A stretch of 64,000 bases of DNA from Coniocarpon cinnabarinum (Eukaryota): NCBI GenBank assembly GCA_051942205.1, contig JAVECO010000007.1:1-64000 (forward strand). The letters run 5' to 3'. The position numbers were made by a program, and so were the translations under genes. Below are positions 1 through 13,313 of this stretch, one piece after another. The notes under the pieces are model-generated. The model was not told the origin of the DNA. It saw only the letters and a list, made by a program, of their open reading frames with translations, and did not search any database. Every line of letters starts with the position of its first letter. Position 1 is the stretch's first letter.

Positions 1-1789
1 GCCCACCCGTTCAGTCACCCGATCAATCCCCAACCAGACCATCTGCCAGTGCGTCAGCTCCCCTTTCGGCCCCGTCGAAAACGCAACACCTGGCCCTTTC
101 CACTTCGCGCCATCCACATCCCTCGGCAACTCCCTCCGCATATTCGCCGGCGGCGGCAAGAAAAACGCATCAAACCACAGGCAAAACCCGTCCAGGCTCT
201 CAATATCTTCTGAGAGTTGAAAAGAAAACGGCGCCCTGAACTCGAGATCCGCGTGGGTTATGGTTTGGAGGGCGAATGTTTTGAGGAGAATGGAGGGGGC
301 GCAGAGAGTGCTCGGGGAGACGTCACGGACCACCGCGTCGGTGTGGAAATCGGCGGATTGGACCATGGGGGTGTAATTTAGGTTGTAGACTTCGTACCAG
401 AAGGATTGGGTTTCAGAGAGGTAGTCGGGGTCGTGTACTGGTGCAAGATGGAGCGTGCAATGTGAGGGGACCATTAGACCCGCTGTGTCCGGTGTTGATG
501 GAGATGATGCCGGACGCAGATATAAATCTCGGGCTGTGATGACGGAATCTAACATCGCCTCATACAGAAGCGCATATCCCATCCATTCACTCACGAGAAT
601 ATCAATCTTGCCCCGTAGCTGATTCAAAGCCGGAGTAGAATAATGCAAGTGCTCAATTTGACCTCGATGAGTCTGCACAATATCACTGAGATGATTGACA
701 CGTGCGATTTCGCGAGCGCGCTGGATTATGCTCGAGTTGTCGACGGCGTGGACTTCTTTCGCGCCGGCGCGGGCACAGAAGAAGGAGAGGATGCCGGTGC
801 CACAGCCGACGTCGAGGACGGTCTTGTTGATGAAGAGGGATTTGTGGCCGTGAATGAAGTGGTGATACGCGTTCGTTCGGACGGTGTCTTTGAGCATTGT
901 TTCGTGGATGGTATGGTGAGAGTAGCTGTCGAAGTAGGAGTCTGGGCCGGTGTTTTGATCGAGCTGAAGATTTGATTCATTCAAGGTGTTGAGGTCGTCA
1001 CTCGCGAACGTCGATGGATGGTTGGTTGCGCTGTCCAATGCAGTCGATGAACTTGTGCCGACTACCGGAGAGATCTCGTTGCTCTCTTGGTTGCTGGCTG
1101 TCCAGCGCTTGTCCAAGGTTCGGACGGCCATCTCTTTGTAGCTCTTGAACTCCGATTGTAGGCGTGCTAGCTGCTCTTCGAGGTCCGCGATCTTTTGCTT
1201 ATCTTCTATTCTTGCTTCTGCTGTCGAAGCCGTTGTACCATTCTGTTGAAGTTCGCCATTCCCTTGAGAAGCATCAAGGGCCGCAGCTTGGTTCAAAATC
1301 TCATCGACGCTAACCAACACCACATCGTCCTCGATGACTGGTCTCAGGTACTCTTCATTTTCAAGAAATCCATCCTTTTGGAGATCGGCATCGCTTGGCG
1401 TCTTGACACCATTTCGAGCTAGGCTTCGAGTATAGTTGACCAATTTAACCGCACCGTAGAAATCAAGCCCTGGCACTCGGCATTAGTTCATGAAAGCCAA
1501 AGTCGTCTGTGAACAAAGTTGCACAACGAAAGCGGTGAACGCACCTACCCATCCTCCGCACTTCGGCCACCAGATCGAATCCATTCACGGTGCTGTCATG
1601 CTCCAGCATTTTCTGCAGACTGGGAAAGTTATCATCGCTGAAAAGACACGTGTACTGCAAGTCTTCAGTGTCTTCGGCGCCCTCTTCGCTCTTCCAGCCT
1701 TCGTCCACGAGATCATCAGGATTCCCATCGTCCGATGTCGAGTCCGACACATTGTCGCGCAGCTTTGAGCCGTCAATCCGATCCTGCAT
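1..1789 (-). CDS. RMT3: Protein arginine N-methyltransferase, PRMT3/Rmt3 type (3' end runs off window)
   Basis: Exon 1 (MQDRID..CLFSDDNF..GFDL) splices through intron 1470-1548 (GTAGGT..CTAAT..CAG) to GLDFYGAVKLVNY. It continues through YFDSYSHHTIHETMLKD, the SAM motif VLDVGCGTGILS, the double-E loop SEWMGYALLYE and the THW loop (LTHWQ). Confidence 0.92.
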
Positions 1790-2160
1790 ACTTGATAGTG
1801 AGCTGAACTTGTGCCAATCGTGGGGAACGACTTTTTCCAATGGGGTGTGGACAGTGACGAGTCAGTGACCCAATGCCAAGAGATATTCCCCAGATTCTAT
1901 CACATGCTAGGGGCGATGATGGAAGGGAAAGGACCCAGCTCGCGGTACCAGGGTTCAGCACGCGATTCGAAAAGTGGAGACCGGGTGTCATCTCCAACGT
2001 CCATCTGTCACGGGCCTTTGACTTCAATGTAGTGGTATGTGAAGCATAACGTCTATATACTCCACCTGGAAGATATAGGTCTACAATTAAACAGTGCCTC
2101 CGAGCGTAAATTGTTCCTTTCACTACGCCAGTCTCTCGTCTCGTATTTCAATAGATTTCG

Positions 2161-3954
2161 TCACATCAGATGCACCTTGTCGTTCTTCGTCCACCTGCGG
2201 AATGTCTTTCCATAATAGTACATGACGATGCCAAACAGGCACCAAAGCGTCGTAAGACACATGTTCAGCATGATCGGCTTGACGTAACCGCTCTTCTCGG
2301 TCCAAGGGGTAATGAATTTGGAGAAGCCGTAGCCCCAGAGCTGTGTGAAAGGATCGTCAGTTTACTGTCGACATCGAATGAAGATCAAGGGCTGCCTTAC
2401 GTTCTTGTTAACAGTGATAGACACAAATAAGGATCCCGCTACCGGCTTGTAGGAGTCCACGGCATATGTCGAGGCAATGGCTGGCAACGCAGCAACCTGT
2501 AATCCAGCACATCCGTAGGCGAGTACAACCACAGCAGGCCAGGTCCAATGATCTTGATATCCATATGCCGCACAGAAGTTACCCAGGATCATGACCAGAA
2601 CGTAAGGTATCATAGTTGGAAGACGCATCTCTGGCTCGCGCACGCCGCGATTCTTGCGAGTTAGGCGCATAGCAATGTAGTCAGATAGCGGACCCGAAGT
2701 CACAAGACCGATGATGCCTCCAACAAGTACTGCAAAATTGGTGAAGCCGACGTTCGCCGGTTTCCAGCCATATGGGGGAGCGGCAAAGACCTGTGCCTCG
2801 GTGAGATTGAGTGTAAGGAAGCAGCTGGCGCTCCAGGACACGATGAAGCTTGCAAATTCAACAATGGGAAACGCAAACAACTTCCATGGAATCCAGAAGT
2901 CTAATGCCAGGGCTTTGATCCAGTTCGGGTTCTTCTTGATGAGTCCAAATTGAGCTTTCGAAGGTGTCCCCTTCCCGAGATGCGGATCCCGTTCAGCTGT
3001 CTCAACCGGGGTAAGCCCGAGTTCCTTCACACCGGATTCCGCTCCTTTCTTCTCATCCGAATCAGAGGATGGGTCGCTTCCAGATGAGTCGCCAGGATGA
3101 TGTCTGTGATACAGAGTTTCGGGTTGCATGAAGGTAATCATGATCAAGCTCACGGCAATCATGGCAACATAGAGCCACCAGAAATTGCGCCATCCAACAT
3201 TCTCGGACATGGGACCTGAGATGATGGGACCAACCATAAGTGAGCCGAAGTAGACAACAAAGTAAAGCGTGTTCCATTTTCCTCGGTCATGCAAGAAGAA
3301 GATATCAGCGATGACGGCGGGCTGCATAGTTTCTGCTGGTCCAGCGGCAATACCATTGAGGACGCAAGCACCCATGAAGCTGTTGTAGGACGTTGCTCTC
3401 GCACGCCAGATAGCTGCGCCAAGGTTGACCAGCTGGCTGAGGAAGGACACCGGCCTCCGACCAAAAGTCGTACTCAAGGGTACCCACAGCTGCTTTGAGT
3501 CAGCACGAGCAAGGCAATCAGAGGTAAGTAGGGTCGCACAAAGTTGGAGAAACCCAGAACGAGAATGGCAACTCCAGTAAATTGCACAGCGTCTGCGAGT
3601 GAACAATTGAACTCCTCAATGTAGAGTGGAAATTGGGGAGCCAGACTCAGAGGTCCAAAACCCTGGGTGAAGGTAATCTGCGCCCATATCAGCCTCACGT
3701 CAGATTCGTTGACAGGAAAAGAAAGCATTCCATACCCATGACACTGAAACGATGTTCATCGTCTTCCAAAATACAGACCAATTCAAGGGGTCGTGCGGAT
3801 CCGAAGAAGGTTGGGGGACCAAGACGGTGCTGCTTTTCCCTTTGACGAAGTGCGTGGACCCGACATCAGTCATGATCTCTGTGCCGGGCAGAATTTCGGT
3901 GTGAAGCTCATCTTCGAGCTGGTGGAGCTCGCGAGCATTCGTGTTCATCTCCAT
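2161..3954 (-). CDS. Major facilitator superfamily transporter (Hol1/DHA1-like), 4 exons
   Basis: N-terminal LVPQPSSDPHDPLNWS, FGRRPV motif, DIFFLHDRG, WRNFWW, PEMRLP and about 12 hydrophobic segments. Three canonical introns; stop TGA at 2161-2163. Confidence 0.9.
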
Positions 3955-5135
3955 GCTTGCCCTGAATGGCTGCTTGCGCAGCGACAATGAAGGGACTCCC
4001 TTTTCGAGGCGTATCGGTGGAGCAGTCTCACAGATGTCGAAAGTCGGAACGCAACTCAATGAGGCTCTCGAGGCAACCTGAAACAGCCAATGGTAGAAAC
4101 AGGCGGGGTGCTAGCCGCAGTGTAACGGCGAAGACAGCGTCTGCACGAAGCAGCAGTGAACGAATGTCAGGAACGCAGTGTTAGGGAGTCAGCAGGAAGA
4201 GGAAAATGGGCGCAGGCATTGAAGCCAGTTGTGTCAGGGTACCCCTTCACCTCATAAGTATGAGCATACATGACCACGCCACGCGCACGCAGGGCCCTAG
4301 ACCACGCCGCCCACGCTGCCCACGGTGTTGCCGCGCTCAGGACCCGCCCGTCGCCCCAAGCCTCTCCAAGGACTACGCGACTCAGCAGGCGCGATATGCG
4401 GGGTTAGCCTTCCATCAGAAATGCGCCGCAAATGACACTGATGCATGTGTGCGGTATAGCGGTGCGCAAGCTGGGCCGTGTGCCCATTGAGAAGGGCGTG
4501 ATGGGGGCAGAATGTCGGAAGATGCCATTGGGGAGGCTTGGCCAGCTGCCTTCCTTTCGCTCATGCAACCACGCAAAACGCCCCTTAACTGCCGACATTC
4601 GTTTGCGGTCTCGTGCATTTGGAATCTCCCCCGAACGCGCACTGGGCTGCTGTCTGATGAGCTACACACGCGAGCGGGCCTCGGGCAAATGGCATCGAGC
4701 CCAGACCATACCCCAGACCACCGGCACATGGTTGCGCACCATCTTCTTGAACCTGGACCAGGCTCAGGACCAGGACCCTCGCGTGGACAGACGCGCTCCT
4801 GGCACTTCCAGCTGGGTTGCGGCTGACCTCCATGAACTGCTGGGGTCGAGTCTGCATCTCCACGAGACATCGGGGAAGGGGCCAGGGAGACGCAGAGCAC
4901 GCAACTCGACATTACCGTGCAGGCATTTGACCGTGAACACGTGAAGACTTCTTCTCAGAGCAAAGACCAACGTACACAGATGCTTCCACTGCTGCCAAAA
5001 CTGGGTATCGATTCAATTGAGGTGTCTTGCACGCTTTTAGCCGCCCTTCCTACATGCATGCTGCTCTGTGACCTAACCGGGATTCCTCATGCAGACCGCA
5101 AGATCGTATCAATTCTCAACACATTCCTCAGTCGC

Positions 5136-6525
5136 CTACAGCTCACCACTCAGAGCGCTCCGCTTCATGGGTGGTGGGGGTGCAGGTTTCGGCTTGGTGC
5201 CTCGATTCGGTGGAGGCGGCGGTGGTGCCTTTTTGCCCACTCGAGCCTCACCCGCTGCCTGCTGGCTCAAGGAGCTCCAGCTCGTGTTGCGACTGATGGC
5301 ACTGGCGGGGCCTTGGCTTGCGGCGGGGCTGACTCCACCGTCAATGGGATCATCTGCAAAATAGCCCTCGTCGTCCACAGCGGATCGTGCTCGAGAAGGG
5401 GTCAACAGACCACCACGTGAGACAGCACTATCTGTCGCTATCCTTGAGATGGTTGGCCTCCCTGACGCATCGTTCGCACTGTTCTGCACGCGACCGATGA
5501 CAGGCCGCTCCAGTCTCGGCGTGCTAGGCTGTTGAAATGGAGAGGTGGTGCCTGACGACGTGCGTGACTTGATACCTAAAATAGGCGGAGGACCTTCCAG
5601 GTCAGAGTCCTCGTTGATCGTGTTGGTGGTGGGGACGCGGCTAAGAGTGTTTTGCCGGCTTCGAGGCTGGCTTCCCGGACGACGAGCAGCCGGCACATTT
5701 TCTGCGGGATCGTTGGCGTGTGGCCAGTCACTTTTGAGCTGCAGCAGGACTTCTCGACAACGGTCGTGATACGTGATTTCGGCCTCGAGAAAAGCGTATA
5801 GCTCCATGACGTTGTCTGACTCGGCCTCGACGATGTCTTGCATGCGGCGATAAACGTCTTCAGTCGATTCGTCATATTTCGCCTTCTGAGAACGGACTTC
5901 CTCTTCCACCCTATAGTCGTCCCGTTTGGCTTTGTTCATTTTGGCGATCGAGGTATCGTAGGCGAGCCGTCGAGACTCGAGTTTAGCTCGTGCTTTCTGA
6001 TAGTCTTTCATCTGAGCGACGGACCGCTCGCAGGCTTCGAGCCAGCTCGTGGTCGCGTTGGTAGCGTAAGAATCCTGGATACGAGAAATACGCTGGTTGG
6101 CTTGCCCAAGACCTGTGAAAATGAGCTTCGGATCCAAAGAGTGAGCATGTGCGTCTCGAAATAGCACTAACCAAGAAGGCATTCTCCAAATTTCGAGCCG
6201 TCATCGAACTCTTCGCCGTGCTTGACCATGGTCATACCAAGATTGCCAACTGGTGTCTGTTTGTCCTTGCCCTCGCCGTGCTCTCGTCGGCTCAATGTCT
6301 TCACATAGGTGTTCATAGACGAGTGCAGTTTTTCCATGCCTGTTAAAGAGAATTAGTGTCGGCGGCACTTGGACGGATCTTATTGAGCCTCCTACCATCT
6401 TGACGAAGGTTCATCTCCTGTTCAAGGCCCTTGAAGTCGTCCGAGGTGTCAGTCTTATCAGCGGCCCCACCCATCTTCTCCTTTCCCCACTGGCGGAACC
6501 GATCAAGCTTCTTATTGACATTCAT
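5136..6525 (-). CDS. Fungal BAR-domain protein with Pro-rich C-terminus
   Basis: MNVNKKLDRFRQWGKEKMG start, KLESRRLAYD BAR signature, helical core and KKAPPPPPP tail. Two introns (about 6341-6396 and 6113-6171). Confidence 0.85.
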
Positions 6526-7283
6526 GGTGTCAGATCTTCTGGCGTTGTCGAGTTCGGCGTAGTGTTGAGTTTATTGTGGGTGCAACTCAGATATCTGAGC
6601 ACCAAAACACGAAAGATCGAGTCGCAAGGGGACGCGGGTCTAAAAGTGGCGGTTAGTTGCGGGGCAGAACAGCGAGCCACGGCGAGTGATGAGCGAATGT
6701 AATGCAAGCCCACTCTATGTGAGAGCTTGTAGGAACGACGGACGGGAATACACAAAGAGCAGCTGGAGGGGAAGGAAAACGAGTGATTTTCAGCAAAGGG
6801 TGGGAGAGATTTGTAGGCGTGGAGAGAAATGATGAAACTGGCGTGACTGGCTCCAGCACCTCCGGCGATCTTGCTTGGGTTTGTCGCGCATCGTCTGGAC
6901 TTCCCCCTGCCACCCTGCCGCCTGCCACTCGAGTCGCCCCTAACGCCCTGGCAACTTCCGGCTGTCTCGCGTCCTCAACCCCCGAAAATAGCGCCTGAGA
7001 GCGTCCCTTTGCCTCCACGACGAGATCTACAGCGTGGCCGGCAGCTCCATTACTTGGTACTTGCATGTTTGGTAATCAAGAAGGGTCTCGCCCCGTGCAT
7101 CGTGCAGCTCACTATTTCTTCGACGTAGAAAGGGGGGCAGCATCACGCACGAAGATAAAGATAGAAGGCCGCTTCGATCGATGCTGACGCGTTCCGAATC
7201 TGCTCGATGTCAAGGGTGCTAAATCCCACGTGAATGCCCTTGTCCCGCAGACTCATCCTGCCCTTGCCGCCAGCCTCAGCACC

Positions 7284-8265
7284 CTAGTCTTTAATCTTCT
7301 GAGTACCTCGCAGGAGACCCGTTCTTCGTGCAGCAATGAGACCCGCCTTCTGACCTTGCGAGGCATAGCGGTTGATCGTCGACGCTTTACCAATGTGTTG
7401 GTGGTTACCACCTCCGTGAGGCTTGAGACGGCGGTTAGCAGAGCAGTTCTCTCGTCAATTAGTGCACAGAAACATACATGATCGACGGGGTTCATAGCTA
7501 CACCACGAGTCTTTGGCCACGAGTTGCGCTTGGCAGCGAACTTGTGCTTTGCGCGAGAAGCCTCTGTGAATATATCAGCATCTTGCAGAAACCAACGTGT
7601 GCAGGCGGTCGTACTCAAAAGTGGCTTGTCTGTTCGTCCTCCACCTGCAACAATGCCTACCATACCGCGTACGCTACTCTTCACCACCTTCTTTGCACCG
7701 CTCGGAAGCTTCACGCGCGTCTTGCCCTCGTCGGGATTGTGGCCGATGACTGTGACATAGTTGCCGGACGTCCGTCCCAGAACTCCACGGTCACCCATTT
7801 TGGCCTCCACATTGGTGACGACGGTTCCCTCCGGCACAGAGCTCAAGGGGAGAACATTGCCTACAGTAAGGTTTGCGTTTTTGCCGGCGTAGATGAATTG
7901 GCCAGTGTACATGCCCTCGTTGGCAATGAATGTTTCCTTGACAAGCTTGTACCGGTACGGGTCGCGGAAGACCACCTTCGCCAACGGTGCGCCTCGTCCG
8001 GAATCATGAACAATCTCCTTCACCACTCCACGAATGTATCCATGTCGCTCAGCAAAATCACACGTACGGAATTGCGCCGGTGCCTTGTTCAAACGTGTGT
8101 GGCTTTCTGGATCCAGCATTAGCAGCTGGACATTGTTACGTATTGTGGCCAGCAGACTCACGAAAGATGGATCCGCGTCCCTTTCGCTGGTTGCGAATGA
8201 CCTACATAGACGTTAACAGGAAGCCTGCAAGCGTGCTAAGATTTGATGAAACTTACGCGACCCAT
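7284..8265 (-). CDS. RPL2: 60S ribosomal protein uL2 (L2/L8), 5 exons
   Basis: Spliced product reads [71 protein letters not shown]. The first coding exon is 9 nt (8257-8265). Confidence 0.98.
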
Positions 8266-9508
8266 TTTCCAACGATTGAAGTGCAGAGCAACTATCGTCT
8301 CATTGTTAGGAATTTGGAAGTGATTGTGCGAATAGTTAAGCACAGACCATGTCTTGGCACATAAGGCTTAGCGACATCTCCTCGACTTCAATTCCACTTG
8401 ATTCAAACCTCGCTAGCACCGAATCATCAACAACCGCAAGGCGGGCACTATCAGTCAATGTGCAAGTGATTTCGCACGGTGAGGTATTGCTCGTGTCAGT
8501 CGTGCATCGCAGGGTAAGTCCCTGGCGATGTTCCTATATCATGATTATGTACTTGTAATTTTACTACTAGTCATTGCATTCAATTCAAGTTTGGCAGCGA
8601 GCGAACACTTTCAAAAACCAGTGCAAGCTGTGACGAACGCGATCATAGAGCTCCGAAGGTTTTTTGTACTGATGCATACAACGCCTATCTTGGCGCATGG
8701 ACCCGCTCCGCCCAGACTCGAAACCTGCACAATAGCTGAGTCCCAAGAAATTCCAACATGCTTTCTTCTCTCCGTACGAAAGAGTTGGGAGTGACTACTC
8801 AGAACGGGCTGAGAAGCCAACGGTAGGTTTGCTCAAGATATAGCTCAAGGTATTTGCCCCTGAACCGGTCATAAGACGCTCACCCCAAGGCCCCATCAGC
8901 ATAATGAGAACAGACCTGCTCACAACCTATAAAGGGCCCTGGGCTAACTCTAACTGCTGGCTGTTTTCCAAGGTGATCTCCGGAAACATCTCTGGTAGAG
9001 AAGATTCAAATGCCGAGTTCGCCTGGCATCAATGATGCGGTTGTGCTTAAGCTTGGGATGTAGCCCCACTATTGATCACGGTATCGCTGGCAAGACACTG
9101 GGACTTCTTGTGCAAGCTTTTGAAAGTTCACGTGGACGAAATGCTGGAGCGCGACTTTGGCAAACACATTCGGGCTTCTCAAAACAGTTCTAAATATACT
9201 TGGAAACATGGAAGCTCACACGGGACGGCGTTATGATGCAATCAGTGTTGGGCTGTTAAGGCATGGAGGACACAGACTGTCTGGAGGAGATCTTTAACGT
9301 TCCTAATTAGATTGAAGCAAACTCTGCGACGAGGAATTAAGATGAAGGCACCTTGCCTCGAGGTGAACCTTCGATATTTATCTGTGTTTGATGATCTGCA
9401 AATGTGTCTCGCGTGAAAGCTTGTGCTCGCCTGTCGCGCACCGTGTTTTTGCAAATCCGTAGGCCAACACCTGCGACCATCCTTACCCTTGGCCACAACC
9501 ATCATTCG

Positions 9509-11729
9509 ATGGACTCCGACACTTCATCGCTCAGCGATGTTCCTCCCAGCGAAGATGAAAAGCCACAGCCACCGGCAAAGCCCGTTCTCAAGCTCGTCAA
9601 TGGCAGATTGGGAGGGTTTGCGCGCAAGAAGCCGTCACCGGAGTCTTCGCCAGAACCAGACCAGGCGGACCTTGGTCGAGAACCCTCTCCACCCCATGAA
9701 TATGTCCTAGCAGACAACCCTGACATTGCTGTGAGTCTATCCGCCCGATATGCGCGTAATGACGCGTAGGGTGTGGGCCCGCGCCACCGTTTATATTGCT
9801 GACGCCGCATATTTGCAGATTATAGTAATGTATACTTCAACCTGACACCCCAACCATTTCTCACACCAATGACTGATACTTGACAGGTTCCGCTCGCGTT
9901 TCGATGCTGCTTTGCCCAAAAGCGTCACCAATCTGGGTCCACAGGATGTTGAGAACGGCGTCGTATCTTCGGAGCCAAGTGAGGTGGTTGAAAACCTACT
10001 TTGCGCGCTTCTCGGACTCGCCTTGAACAGAAAAAAGACTCCTGAGTATGCTTCAACCTGGCTCACAATGCAAGTGTACAGAAAATGTGATCGCTGACAT
10101 CACAAATAGGCGAGGTCACTACGCTCGCGCTCTCGAAGAGTGTTTGTCCACTTTCAAGAACCAGTGGCCGCGCTCGTGGGCTGGTGTAAACCCCATCTCC
10201 GGTGGAAAGACATTTCAAGCGTTCACGCCGTCGGAGAAGGTGAGTTAAGCTCGTTTAGCTACAAACAAGTTCTGACTCCCTTCTAGCTGAATCTCCTGCG
10301 CACCCTCATACACTGGTCTCTGGGAAGCTCTGAAAGTGTCAACGCGATAATCAAAGAGTCCTACAAGCAGGCTCGCAAGGACGATGATATCAATCAGCCG
10401 CTATCGGTACAGCCTTGGGGAATGGATACGCGAAAGAGGAAGTTCTACCTTGTTGAGGGCCAGGTTGACGCGCCATTCAGAATATACCGTGAAAGCCATC
10501 GCAAAGCCTCTACCTACACATGGCTGAGTGCAGCCGGTACTATTGAGGAGGCACAGAAGATTGCTCGCGATCTACGTGCTGAGAAAGGCCAGGCGGCGCA
10601 CCGGCTTGCAGCCAGAATCATAAACGCTGTGCCTATACTCGAGGAGCGCGAAGAGAAGCGGCGGCGCCGAGAGTATCGAAAGGCACAGAAAGAGCGCTTC
10701 GTCCGTCCCGAACCAGGTTTCTCTCTCTACGAGGGAAGGACTCGTGGCAAGCGCATGCGGTACACCTATGATGATGATGATGATGCTATCTACGGCACTG
10801 ATGAGAATCGTCGTTCTTCAAGAGATTCGAGGACTGGTACGCCATCTGAAGGTCCAACATTTACGACAAGTGGGCGTCAGGTTCGCTCGGCCTATGGTAG
10901 ATCATACGGGGATCGCCCTCGGCGCGGAATAGACTCGAGTACTCGCGAATCTTCCCAAAGCCAGGATCAAGAATACCTGACTAATGGACGTAGCCACCGA
11001 GCGGCACGACAAGTAGTCGATAGTTCACATAGACCGAATCACTCGGCTATGCAGAACCATATCGACGACTTTGACGACGAGTCCGACGCCGAGTCTACCG
11101 GAGAAGAATGGGGTGGAGATGACCAAGATTTTGAAGGCAAATTAGACGAAGAGGATGCAGACGAGTCCAGCGACGCTGGTCTCAGCGATGACATCGGTGC
11201 TAATGAAAACCCCAGATCGCTGATAGTAAAGTTGCCATGCGGGCCAAAGTTAGTACAGATGTTGGGTCACGGTGGACACTCACTTTCCAACACTCAACCC
11301 GTCACCAACAGCGATCAGTTTCTACCAGTGTCTTCGAAGACGGACGGTATTGTGAGCTCTACTGCGAAGACTGAAATCCATCAGAATCCAACGTCACCGA
11401 AACAAGAACCAGAGGATGTGCGTGACCTACAAGATGCACATGTGAGCAACGAACAACACCCTGCAGGTACTCCGAAGCCTGGATCAACACAAGGCAATGA
11501 AGAGCATTATCCGGCGCTGCCATATCATTCCAGTGGCCTCGTTGCGGGTGACTCAACGATGAAAGACTACGCGGGCAGTCGTCCTCCTACTGCTCAAGGG
11601 GACGGCTTCCATGCGACCAATGATACTCAATCGTCTCCAGCCTTTGCAGGGCAGCCAGGTGATCAACCGGAGATACCTTTCAAACACGAAGCCATGCAGC
11701 AACATTCTATACCTGCTCAGCAACAGTAG
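9509..11729 (+). CDS. Chromatin-associated WHIM1/DDT-like domain protein
   Basis: REPSPPHEYVLADNPDIA|IIVM|FRSRF, LLGLALNRKK, LRTLIHWSL, QPWG..FYLVEG, GFSLYEGRTRGKRMRYTY and an acidic tail. Four canonical introns. Family assignment is from recollection of Pezizomycotina homologues. Confidence 0.75.
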
Positions 11730-13313
11730 CTGAGCGCAACTGAATCTGCACTTTGAATCACGCGCTTGGAGCTGTTAGCAAGTGATGTACGAATGCATGA
11801 TTACGCGCTTGACACCGCTCGTACGCTCTAGGTTTGCTAGCAGGAAGCAACCGAAATCTCTGGCAACAAAACTGAGAAAGAGAATTTCCTTATAGAGCCG
11901 TTCTAGGATACCCAATGTAGAGAGCCCACATCGTCTGTGTGCAAGTAGCCGAATTTTGTAACTGTGTAATGGTCTACAAGGATCACACGAACCCCATGTA
12001 ATAGTAGTATAGAGAAGCCACGGCCCAACAGCACAGTCATGATATCGAGCAAAGATTTCAAGGCTTTTGCATTCGTATTGACTGCTTCTGAGCATCTGGG
12101 TCCAAATACACGATCTCAGGCTGTGCTATTCAAAGTAAAACTTCTCAGGACCTTGTAGACACTTCCTGGTTTACGCTCTCGATTCCGTTCTTCAGCCTCA
12201 AGCTCTAGACTGGGCTCTAACGACAGGGGCCGTATCAGTGGCCCGGCACACGGCTAAGATCGACGGCTTCATGACATCCGGCTCGCTATCAAACATGACT
12301 TTAGCCCCGTGAGCGGCTCATGCAAGGCGGGTTGAGCGTTATTCCGCACTTGCGTGATCATGACAGGCTGGACAGCTGTCACGAAATTAAGCTTAAAAAG
12401 AAGCTTCTTCAGCCGCTGTCAAAGTAAGAACGCGGCATAACAGCAGGGGTGCAAGGGCTGAGTCCGCCTGCGCCACCCGCGCTGCAAGCATGCAACTGCG
12501 CAAAGAATGTTAAACGAGCGACCCAAAAGCAACCTGTGAAGCGGTTGATGAGACTCGGAACATTTCGATGCCGTTGATTATGCTTGTAATTACGGTCAAT
12601 GGTGAGGTAGGTGCAACATAATGCTGGAGCCTGATAGCGTGACGCTCTGAGATGCTCAGCCCCTAAGTCTCTTCACCATTTCCTCATTGGTCGACTTTCC
12701 TACTTCGTCCTCTGGCTGCTCCTAATCTGTCAGACTCTCTCGCTGTTTCGATGTCCCAACACCTCATTCCGTCATGTCCTAGTTTGGATGCGGCATTGGC
12801 GTTGGCTGCTTCGTTGACATCGATCCTAATCCATCTCCTTTCCGCAAGATGCCGCCGCCATCCTCTCGACAAGGGTCGCAGTACCGCGATCCCGCTCCTT
12901 CGCATTCTCTATGGACCAGGTGCGCAGATGCGGTATTCTGATGCCATCAACATGTCCATGAGACGGTATTTCCTAGTACTCGGTGCAAAAGAAAAAGGAA
13001 ATGCTGACCAGCATCATGCGCAATGCCGCGCCGGCTGAAATTCAAATGCTCCGAGTCTATGATGTCTGCTACACCTATACAAGGGTTACGCACTGCAATA
13101 TGCAGCCATCTGTTGGCGTCGCACTTGAACATGTACTCAGCTCCCGCTGAATCCGGCATCGTGCGTGGAGGCCTCGTACTCCTAGGTCGTAGCTTGGAAC
13201 TCAATGAAGTATAAAGGACCCGTCGTGCACAAGTGATCGTCCTGCTAGTCATTGAAGTCTGTCATAATAGGCCTCTCTATTTAACGGTATAGGCATGACA
13301 TCTGCTTCTAAGT

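Noticed and set aside
4206..4970. Overlapping 100-170 aa ORFs
   Set aside because: GC-rich promoter region of the MFS gene; no motifs or consistent splice structure.
8585..8905. Possible small minus-strand gene between RPL2 and the WHIM1-type gene
   Set aside because: The frame is interrupted by a stop, and there is no convincing intron or recognisable motif.
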